DNA of 14,203 nucleotides from Methanobacterium sp. GTDB lineage: Archaea > Methanobacteriota > Methanobacteria > Methanobacteriales > Methanobacteriaceae. The stretch is from positions 1 to 14,203 of the forward strand of contig PMWA01000029.1 of the NCBI GenBank assembly GCA_003166335.1. The letters are read 5' to 3'. Made by a program: the position numbers and the translations under genes. Below are positions 1 to 7,144 of the stretch, piece after piece. The notes beneath the pieces are model-generated. The model was not told the origin of the DNA. It worked only from the letters and a program-made list of their open reading frames with translations, and did not search any database. Every line of letters begins with the position of its first letter. Position 1 is the first letter of the stretch.

Positions 1-300
1 ATTAAAGATTTTAAATGGCCACCCAACATTGCAGGTACTATAAATAGAATTCCCGAACCCATTATGAGAGGATTATTAAATCTTATGTGGTCAAGACCAG
101 CTATTGATTCGGAAAATTGCATTAAATGTGGTAAATGCATTGAAAGCTGCCCAGTTAACGCTATCACCAATGATGTACTTATCCCAGATTTTGATTACAG
201 TAAATGCATTAATTGTCTTTGTTGTATGGAAATGTGCCCAGAAAAAGCCGTATACTTAGAGCAAAGTCTTTTAGAAAAAATTATCTCAAGATTCGCTTAA
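1..300 (+). CDS. 3' end of an iron-sulfur protein with a C-terminal 2x[4Fe-4S] ferredoxin domain (probably DUF362-type); 5'-truncated by the window
   Basis: Frame 1 is open from base 1 (IKDFKWPPNIAGTINRIPEPIMRG...), so the ATG at 64 is probably internal. Two CxxCxxCxxxCP motifs are present (CIKCGKCIESCP, CINCLCCMEMCP). The 'DFKWP...RPAID' linker and 'CLCCMEMCP' resemble DUF362+ferredoxin proteins; that assignment is from recall. Confidence 0.85.
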   Translation: MKDFKWPPNIAGTINRIPEPIMRGLLNLMWSRPAIDSENCIKCGKCIESCPVNAITNDVLIPDFDYSKCINCLCCMEMCPEKAVYLEQSLLEKIISRFA

Positions 301-481
301 ATTTAATTCATGTTATTGTTTTTCTTTAATATTTTTTAAAATGAATCTTTAAATTCGGTTTTTATGATTTTGGGATAAAAAAATTTCAGTTATCAAATCA
401 TTAAAATATGTGAAAAAAAGTTATTTAAAAAAAAGTATTAATGAAAAAATAGGAATTAAAAAAAAAATATAAATTTTTTTT

Positions 482-841
482 TTAACTACTATTGTTCATT
501 ATTTTATTCAAATCATTTTTAATATTTTTATTCTGGAATAGAATATTCAAATCATTTTGTACAGTTGGATTCTGCAGTACTTGATCTATCTGGCTTTGAA
601 CATTTGGATTCTGTAACCATTGATGTATCTGATTTTGAACATTAACATTTTGGAACAGATTAGTTATTTGACCAGGATTTTGTGTTATCTGAGTATATAT
701 ATTATTTAAATCCTGATATAATTGTGGATCATTATTTTGAACCACTTGAGTGCCGCTAGTTGTATTTGGGTCGGCTGCATAGATTGGTGCTGTTGAGCCA
801 AGTAACACTGCGAAAATGCATAGTATAGCTATTTTCTTCAT
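482..841 (-). CDS. Secreted Gln/Asn-rich protein with 13-aa helical repeats (119 aa)
   Basis: GGAGTGA RBS (847-853, - strand) lies just upstream of the ATG at 841, so 841 is preferred over the track start at 850. Sec-type signal peptide MKKIAILCIFAVLLGSTAPIYA|A. The mature part carries QNPxVQxxI/LxxxL repeats. Confidence 0.8.
   Translation of the reverse strand: MKKIAILCIFAVLLGSTAPIYAADPNTTSGTQVVQNNDPQLYQDLNNIYTQITQNPGQITNLFQNVNVQNQIHQWLQNPNVQSQIDQVLQNPTVQNDLNILFQNKNIKNDLNKIMNNSS
497..652 (-). repeat. Four tandem 13-aa (39-bp) degenerate intragenic repeats
   Basis: QNVNVQNQIHQWL / QNPNVQSQIDQVL / QNPTVQNDLNILF / QNKNIKNDLNKIM, plus an upstream related copy NDPQLYQDLNNIY. Confidence 0.8.
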
Positions 842-1043
842 TGATATCACTCCTATTTTTTTTTTATTTATTCAAATATTTTTTTTTTAGGTTATTTTTT
901 TTTATTTTTATTTTCTGTTTATTCAAATATGTAATTAATTTAATGTATATACGTTTATAGTATAAAATATTTTCACCAAATTTACACCCAAATAGTACTT
1001 CTAAATACTCTATAAAGTAATAAATTAAGAGTTTAAAAAATAT

Positions 1044-1697
1044 TTAGAATATTATATCATCTGCCATTAACTCTTCAGCAGTTAATCCTTTTTTAACAGT
1101 TTTTAATATGGTTTCAGCGTTATCAGATTCATATGCAGCTTTCCAAATATATAAATACTTATCTTTGCACTCATTATCAATTACCATATATGATGAGTTC
1201 TTACCTGAAACCTCAATAATATTCGTATTATCAAGATTTTTGAAGATATATAAAGTGATATCTATTCTATGATACCCACCTTCACCTTTAAAACGAGTAT
1301 GTATAGTGTAACTTTCTTCATCATAGCTATATTTACGTTCTCTAAGTTCTAATAATGATTTAAAGAATAAATGTGCATATTGATCTGGATTAACAATAGC
1401 TTGATTCCTTAATTTATTAAATTCACTCTCAGCCCAATATTCTAATTCACACAAATACTTGTTAACATCAGGATAGTAACTAATACCCCGAACACCAATA
1501 ATTGGATTATAATAAATACTGATATTATTTTTTATAAGTTCATCTTTAATGTCTTTGAAACTGTTATATAAATAATCATTTTCATATAATTCATCATTAA
1601 TATCCTGTGCTTCAATTTTCTTAATATTTTCTGGATTGAAATTAAATATTAACTCAGCAGCTGCTTCTATATTCAATTTCATTTCATTTATGTTCAT
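1044..1697 (-). CDS. Hypothetical protein (217 aa, soluble, Tyr/Asn/Glu-rich)
   Basis: Long ORF in very AT-rich DNA with no competing ORF. No TM segment and no motif recognised. Confidence 0.75.
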   Translation of the reverse strand: MNINEMKLNIEAAAELIFNFNPENIKKIEAQDINDELYENDYLYNSFKDIKDELIKNNISIYYNPIIGVRGISYYPDVNKYLCELEYWAESEFNKLRNQAIVNPDQYAHLFFKSLLELRERKYSYDEESYTIHTRFKGEGGYHRIDITLYIFKNLDNTNIIEVSGKNSSYMVIDNECKDKYLYIWKAAYESDNAETILKTVKKGLTAEELMADDIIF

Positions 1698-1849
1698 TTT
1701 TTTCCAACCAGTTTTAATATTCCTTATAAGAAAATCATAGATGAAAATAAAATTATTTAGAAAATATTATTCACATTTTAATATAAATAGATCAAATGAA
1801 TTTTTTTAAATAACTCTTAATCAGTAAGAAAAGAATTTTGAATTAAATT

Positions 1850-2587
1850 TCACTTCCATTTGGTGATTATCTCCTCCCTGCGGAAAGTGATTGTGCTAAT
1901 ATAGAAGAGAATCACATCAATCACTAACAACATTGCGGAAATGAGTAACATGCTGTTAATGCCAAGTGAAATGTATCCGATCTCACCTAAAATGTAAATA
2001 CCAAAAAAAGGGATGATTACTAGTTGCCCCAACTGCTGAGCCGCGCGAACATCATTAACTCTTGAAGATAAGATAACACCCAATTCAACCGAAAGTATAG
2101 CGGCAAGCGGAGCGACAAGTAATATAATAATAGCAATATTCCAATTAGGATAATAAAAATAACCCAACGAACTATAAGTCAATTTATCTATAAGCACCAT
2201 GAATATTACTAAACCCACATAGATTGATGCGATGGGAGGCAGGAACGCGGCGAAAGATTTTCCCAATAAAATTTCCTCATCTGTAGTTGGTGTTGCAAGA
2301 AGAGGCTCAATACTCTTCTCAACTTTTTCACCAAGTAAACTGTAAGAAGCTATCACCGTGGTAAGTGACGCTGCCAATATTACAAAAAAGAAAGAAAACG
2401 CGTTTAAAAGTGCTGTAAATTCTCCAATCGTAATACTTCCACTTTTCAATCCAGAGGAACTGATTATGAAAGGGAGAATAATTGACATAAGAAGTGGTAT
2501 AATGATTACGGAATAAATGATACTTTTTTTCTTCCGGAATACACTGAAGTCCTTGGATGCAATAACCCATGATTTCCAGAGTTTCAT
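1850..2587 (-). CDS. ABC-2-type exporter permease subunit
   Basis: About 6 hydrophobic segments, N-terminal 'WVIASKDF', and 'GEKVEKSIEPLLATP...ILLGK', matching the GEKExxTLExLLxTP motif of ABC-2 permeases. Starts 7 nt after the ATPase stop. Confidence 0.92.
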   Translation of the reverse strand: MKLWKSWVIASKDFSVFRKKKSIIYSVIIIPLLMSIILPFIISSSGLKSGSITIGEFTALLNAFSFFFVILAASLTTVIASYSLLGEKVEKSIEPLLATPTTDEEILLGKSFAAFLPPIASIYVGLVIFMVLIDKLTYSSLGYFYYPNWNIAIIILLVAPLAAILSVELGVILSSRVNDVRAAQQLGQLVIIPFFGIYILGEIGYISLGINSMLLISAMLLVIDVILFYISTITFRREEIITKWK

Positions 2588-2594
2588 TTTCTTT

Positions 2595-3506
2595 TTACCT
2601 CACGAATTTCAGATAAACATCTTCCAATGTTGGACTAAGTTCAGTAACATATTGAACATGGCCACCAGCCCTGACTATTGCAGCAACAATAGCTGGATTC
2701 TCCTTTTCAGGATTCACCACATCAATCGTTAATTTATTATCGTCATTTATTATACTATTAAGCGATAATTTATCCAACGCATCTAAAATCATTTCATTTA
2801 CTTGCTCTAACTGAATTACAGTCTTACTACCCCAAACTGACTCCTCAAGCTCTTTCGGAGAACCTGTAGCCATCAATTTAGTGTTTAATATTCCAATTTT
2901 ATCACAAATTTTTTGCGCTTCATCAAGATTATGAGTATTTAAAAAAATAGTTTTATTCTCCTTCTTTAACTCCAGGATGAACTCCCTGACCATTTTTGAT
3001 GATTCTGGATCTAAATTCACAGTAGGCTCATCTAAGAATAATATTTTAGGTTCATGAATAAGGGCGCGTGCTATGGCAATCTTTTGTTTCATTCCTTTGG
3101 AAAATGCTCCCGCTGCAACATCCCGTTTATCCCAAAGTCCTAACATCCTAAGGAAATGCTCAATATTCTCTTTCCGTTGCGTTTTATTACATTCATATAG
3201 TTTCCCGTAAAAATCTAAATTTTTGTAAGCACTTAACTCCTCATAAAGACCTACATTATCAGGAACCAATCCAATAATCTTCCTAATCTTCAAAGAATCT
3301 GCAGTGTTATCTATATCGTAACCTGCTATCCTGGCATCACCACTAGTCTTCGATATAAGGCAGCTAAGCATCCTCACCGTAGTAGTCTTCCCTGCACCAT
3401 TCGGCCCGAGGAAACCGAAAACCTCTCCTTCATCTACATGAAAAGTAACTCCATCAACTGCAGTTACATCATCAAACTTCTTTGTAAGATTCTCAACATC
3501 AATCAT
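2595..3506 (-). CDS. ABC transporter ATP-binding protein (drug-export/CcmA-like)
   Basis: Walker A GPNGAGKTT, signature FSKGM, Walker B/D-loop ILFLDEPTVNLDP, H-loop NTH, and a C-terminal 'PTLEDVYL' motif. Confidence 0.96.
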   Translation of the reverse strand: MIDVENLTKKFDDVTAVDGVTFHVDEGEVFGFLGPNGAGKTTTVRMLSCLISKTSGDARIAGYDIDNTADSLKIRKIIGLVPDNVGLYEELSAYKNLDFYGKLYECNKTQRKENIEHFLRMLGLWDKRDVAAGAFSKGMKQKIAIARALIHEPKILFLDEPTVNLDPESSKMVREFILELKKENKTIFLNTHNLDEAQKICDKIGILNTKLMATGSPKELEESVWGSKTVIQLEQVNEMILDALDKLSLNSIINDDNKLTIDVVNPEKENPAIVAAIVRAGGHVQYVTELSPTLEDVYLKFVR

Positions 3507-3560
3507 TAAGTATCAACTCTCTTTAAAAAAATAATTATCAAAAACCATCGATTCCATTAA

Positions 3561-3662
3561 TCAATTTTTCTCTTCAGTTATTTTTCCGTCGAGTACGTTC
3601 AATATTCGGTCAGCCATTTGTGCAACGTATGGTTCATGTGTTACTAGTATGAGTGTTTTCAC
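3561..3662 (-). pseudogene. C-terminal remnant of a LolD/MacB-type ABC ATPase
   Basis: The minus strand reads VKTLILVTHEPYVAQMADRILNVLDGKITEEKN* (TGA at 3563-3561), the typical TxxxVTHxxxxAxxADRxxxxxDGKI H-loop and C-terminus. Similarity ends upstream, and an in-frame TAA occurs 10 codons further up. No Walker A or B. Confidence 0.88.
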
Positions 3663-4056
3663 AACAATATAATTTCCTATATCGTTTATTTATCTGGCTT
3701 TTATTTACAATTATGCAGAATCAGTCCACAAAACTGGCCAAATTATCATTACTAATCTAATTTCTGACTCTCATATTCATCATTCTACATTATTCCAATC
3801 TCTGCATAAAAATATCATTTCATAATTATCTCATTCCATAAATTATTTTTAAGTAGTACATAAAGCGCAATGAGTTCAATCAAGTTAATTATAAATTAGA
3901 ATTAGTTAAACAGTCAATAACCAACCACATGGATTCTTTCTCATATTAATCCCAAAAGTAAAATTCTGTTTTTTTTTATCGAGGATAACTTAAATTAACA
4001 TTCTAATTGTTTATGTTTAATAATTATTTATAGATTTAAATTTATATATATTAGAT

Positions 4057-5730
4057 ATGAATTTAGGGGATTCTGTAAATAACAAAATAGATTTTGTAAG
4101 GGTCGAAGAAATAATCAAAATACTTGCTAAGTATGAATTCATAGATGTAGTTAAAAAAACTGGCCTTAAAAATACGTTTAATCGGGTTTTCCGTTCAAAT
4201 AAACTAGAAGAAGAGTTAAATGCTACAAATCCCGAGAGAATTCTACTTGTTTTTGAAGAGTTAGGAACAACATTTATTAAATTTGGACAAATATTAAGCA
4301 CTCGTCCTGATATCGTAGGTGCCGAAATAGCCAATGAACTGATGAAATTACAGGATCAAGTACTGCCAATTCCATTTGAACCTATAAAAAAAGAAGTTGA
4401 AACAGAGTTAGGAAGTCCAATAAATCAAGTTTTTCTGGAATTCGATGAAGAACCAATTGCATGTGCCTCAATCGCACAAGTACATCAAGCAAAACTTAAA
4501 GATGGCACCATTGTAGCAGTTAAAGTTCAAAAACCAGATATTATAGGACGAATTAATAAAGATATTATAATCATGCGTTACTTAGGAGGCTTTTTAGAGA
4601 GAAGAATTTCTAATTTGAAGTATTACAATGTTTCTGCTATTATAGATGAATTTGAAAGGGCCATAATAAAAGAATTAGATTATGCACTTGAAGCTAGAAG
4701 CATAGATAAATTCAGATCACTTTTTAAAGACGAAGATCATATATGCGCTCCTAATACTTATAAAGAGTACTGCACAACTAAAATTCTAACAATGGATTAT
4801 ATAGATGGAGTTAAAATCAATGAACTTCAAGAATCAGGTCTCGATGTAGATGGGAAACTACTTGCTAAATTAGGTGCAGAGTGTTACTTCAAACAAATAT
4901 TTGATTATAACTTTTTTCATGCAGATCCTCATCATGGAAATTTCCTGGTAAAAGAAGGTAATGTATTATGTTTCATTGATTTTGGGATGATGGGTCATTT
5001 AGAAAGTGATTTTGTTGATAATTTAACTGAATTATTTGTATTTATGATTAAAAATGATGTTAATGCGATAGTTAATCAGTTAGTGTATATGGATATAATT
5101 GATTATGACGTGGATATTCAAGGATTAAAATATGATATAATAGATATTTTAGATGAGTATGTTGGCACTGAAATCAAAAATTTAGGAGGTGTGATAAATG
5201 AATTTAGCACCCCTGATCTTATGCAGAAATATAACATTAAATTACCCCGAGATTTTATTTTACTAGGGAAAGTTTTGACTATGTTAGAAAGTCTGGGTAC
5301 AAATTTGGATCCTAATTTTAACGCGTTTGAAGTTACTGAACCTTTAATTAATAAATTATTAAAAAAACGTTTGAATCCATTAAATATTTTAGATTATCAA
5401 ACTGAATACCTCTTTGATTTGCAGCATATGGTTAAAGATCTTCCTCAAACACTTAACGAAATTCTCATTAAAGCTAAAAAAGGTGAAATCGGTGTTGAAT
5501 TAGAATTGAAAGAACTGGATAATTTTACTTATAAATTAGATAAAAATATTGATAGACTCTCGATAGCATTAATAGTTTCATCCTTAATAATTGGTTCATC
5601 GTTGATATTACAATCCGGTAGAGGTATTCCAATTCCTACGTTAGGATTTTCGACGGCAGGAACAATTATTTTTCTAGTAGCAGTATTTTTTGCCATGATC
5701 TATGTAGTCAATATTTTAAGGAAAAATTGA
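4057..5730 (+). CDS. ABC1/AarF/UbiB-family atypical protein kinase with two C-terminal TM helices
   Basis: KxGQ motif (FIKFGQILSTRPD), A-rich loop IACASIAQVH, VAVKVQKP, ELDY..E, catalytic loop HADPHHGN, IDFG, and hydrophobic C-terminal helices. Confidence 0.95.
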   Translation: MNLGDSVNNKIDFVRVEEIIKILAKYEFIDVVKKTGLKNTFNRVFRSNKLEEELNATNPERILLVFEELGTTFIKFGQILSTRPDIVGAEIANELMKLQDQVLPIPFEPIKKEVETELGSPINQVFLEFDEEPIACASIAQVHQAKLKDGTIVAVKVQKPDIIGRINKDIIIMRYLGGFLERRISNLKYYNVSAIIDEFERAIIKELDYALEARSIDKFRSLFKDEDHICAPNTYKEYCTTKILTMDYIDGVKINELQESGLDVDGKLLAKLGAECYFKQIFDYNFFHADPHHGNFLVKEGNVLCFIDFGMMGHLESDFVDNLTELFVFMIKNDVNAIVNQLVYMDIIDYDVDIQGLKYDIIDILDEYVGTEIKNLGGVINEFSTPDLMQKYNIKLPRDFILLGKVLTMLESLGTNLDPNFNAFEVTEPLINKLLKKRLNPLNILDYQTEYLFDLQHMVKDLPQTLNEILIKAKKGEIGVELELKELDNFTYKLDKNIDRLSIALIVSSLIIGSSLILQSGRGIPIPTLGFSTAGTIIFLVAVFFAMIYVVNILRKN

Positions 5731-5792
5731 GTCTTTTTGAAAATAAAAAAAAATGTTGATTGAGTTTAAAGATTATTAATTATTATAATGAT

Positions 5793-5807
5793 GGAAAAAT
5801 TTTATAG
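5793..5807 (+). promoter_or_regulatory. Putative archaeal BRE/TATA promoter for the first Hsp20 gene
   Basis: GGAAAAA followed by TTTTATAG about 60 nt upstream of ATG 5865. The AT-rich background limits specificity. Confidence 0.4.
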
Positions 5808-5864
5808 TGTACCGATTACAGATATAGTAATTAATTCTAATAAATTAAAAGGCAGGGATTTAAG

Positions 5865-6305
5865 ATGAAAAGAAGAGATCATGTTTTAGAAATGAAAGAT
5901 TTTATTACAAAGATGATGGATGATACCGCGGAGATTTTAGACTCAACACGGAAAGATATTACAACTAAAATTATTGATTACACATTTGTGCCTGGTAAAG
6001 ATATTATAGAAACAGATGACGACATTATAGTACACGTAGCCTTACCCGGTATTAAAAAAGAAGATTTAAACTTGAATGTGTCAGAAAAAATGGTAGGAGT
6101 AAGAGCTAAATTTGACGTAGAACAGGATATAAGCGGAACTTATGTAACTTTAACTGATAGACAAAGCGGAATAGTTAAAAGGGATGTAATACTTCCTAAA
6201 AAAGTTATTCCCGACAAAGCTTCAGCTAAATTTGAAGACGGTATTTTAAGAGTTAGAATACCAAAATTAGAAAAAAAAGAACTGCATAAAGTAGAAATCG
6301 AATAA
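5865..6305 (+). CDS. Small heat shock protein (Hsp20/alpha-crystallin family)
   Basis: [23 protein letters not shown]...[14 protein letters not shown] and the C-terminal IXI-like motif VEI. The start could alternatively be ATG 5892. Confidence 0.95.
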   Translation: MKRRDHVLEMKDFITKMMDDTAEILDSTRKDITTKIIDYTFVPGKDIIETDDDIIVHVALPGIKKEDLNLNVSEKMVGVRAKFDVEQDISGTYVTLTDRQSGIVKRDVILPKKVIPDKASAKFEDGILRVRIPKLEKKELHKVEIE

Positions 6306-6314
6306 AAAAATATA

Positions 6315-6331
6315 TTTTTTTTATTTTTTTT
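6315..6331 (+). terminator. Oligo-T archaeal terminator candidate after Hsp20
   Basis: Two T8 runs separated by one A, starting 10 nt after the stop codon. Confidence 0.55.
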
Positions 6332-6629
6332 CAATAAATAACATAATTTTAAATATTTTCATGATAAATTCATGTACCGAATTAATCATAATTTATTATG
6401 TTATGTCTTAATTTAAAATTCACATTAGAAAGTTTAGAAAACAGTGGTTTGTATTTTTTTAAGTTATTTAATGATTCATTTATTTAGATAACTAAAATTA
6501 ATATAGATTTTCATTGCAAATTTTGGTTTTTTTAAATATTTATATTATTTTTTTCTGAGTTTTAAGTTGAATAGAATAATTCTCTTATCATTTTTTTATT
6601 TATTTATAATGATAAATTATTTAAGATCT

Positions 6630-6654
6630 AAAAGCCTTATATAAGATATATAAG
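6630..6654 (+). promoter_or_regulatory. Putative BRE/TATA promoter for the micro-ORF/Hsp20 unit
   Basis: AAAAGCC followed by TTATATA (6637-6643), about 85 nt upstream of ATG 6727. The box is part of an inverted repeat CTTATATA-aga-TATATAAG. Confidence 0.5.
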
Positions 6655-6726
6655 CTTAATTAAGGGTATATTCAATTGGAGGATATCATTTAATTTTTAA
6701 AACATAGGGGATAAGGTGAAATTAAA

Positions 6727-6810
6727 ATGGGTCTTGGAACTATTATTTGGTGGTTAGTTGCCATTATAATTATTATAATTCTTCTTAGATTTCTTTTAGG
6801 AATAATATAA
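6727..6810 (+). CDS. 27-aa single-transmembrane micro-protein
   Basis: MGLGTIIWWLVAIIIIIILLRFLLGII*, preceded by a strong AGGTGA RBS (6714-6719). It is one clean TM helix. Below the ORF-track cutoff. Confidence 0.78.
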   Translation: MGLGTIIWWLVAIIIIIILLRFLLGII

Positions 6811-6822
6811 TGGAGAAATATA

Positions 6823-6927
6823 ATGAGAAGCTGTGTAATCATATATTTATTGATAAATGTTCTAATTACAGCAAATGCTGCCGATATTGAAAAAATTATA
6901 GATAATATAAATTTTCTAGCAAAATGA
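6823..6927 (+). CDS. Possible 34-aa peptide with signal-peptide-like N-terminus
   Basis: MRSCVIIYLLINVLITANAADIEKIIDNINFLAK*. GGAGA RBS at 6812-6816; its TGA overlaps the GAGGAG RBS of the next ORF, so it fills the gap neatly. A competing 26-aa frame (6810-6890) exists. Confidence 0.4.
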   Translation: MRSCVIIYLLINVLITANAADIEKIIDNINFLAK

Positions 6928-6936
6928 GGAGATAAT

Positions 6937-7083
6937 ATGGGAGAATTAAAAGGAAAGATTAAAGAAAAAGAAGGAGAAGTTAAAGGTAAGGCCAAAGAGA
7001 TGGAAGGAGGGTTAAAAGGTAAAGCTAAAGAAACTGAAGGTGAAATAAAAGGTAAAATTAAGGAATTAAAGAAAAAAGAATAA
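6937..7083 (+). CDS. 48-aa CsbD/LEA-like hydrophilic protein made of four 11-mer repeats
   Basis: M-GELKGKIKEKE-GEVKGKAKEME-GGLKGKAKETE-GEIKGKIKELK-KKE*. GAGGAGA RBS immediately upstream. KGKAKE is a CsbD-like motif, and 11-residue periodicity is typical of group 3 LEA proteins. Confidence 0.85.
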   Translation: MGELKGKIKEKEGEVKGKAKEMEGGLKGKAKETEGEIKGKIKELKKKE

Positions 7084-7144
7084 AATTTTAATTAAACTGA
7101 TTTATTGAATTGATTTTTTTGAAAGTAATTAAGAGGTTAATAAT

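Noticed and set aside
64..300. Stand-alone 78-aa ferredoxin starting at 64
   Set aside because: The frame is open to the window edge and ATG 64 has no RBS; better read as the C-terminus of a longer protein.
867..930. 13-bp direct repeat TTTATTCAAATAT at 867-879 and 918-930
   Set aside because: Lies in extremely low-complexity T-rich sequence, so it is probably chance or slippage.
2328..2732. Track ORFs 2328..2570 (-) and 2517..2732 (+)
   Set aside because: Alternative-frame or antisense shadows of the well-supported ABC permease and ATPase genes; no motifs.
4017..4334. Track ORF 4017..4334 (-)
   Set aside because: Antisense to the ABC1 kinase 5' end, with the Ser/Phe/Leu-rich composition typical of shadow ORFs.
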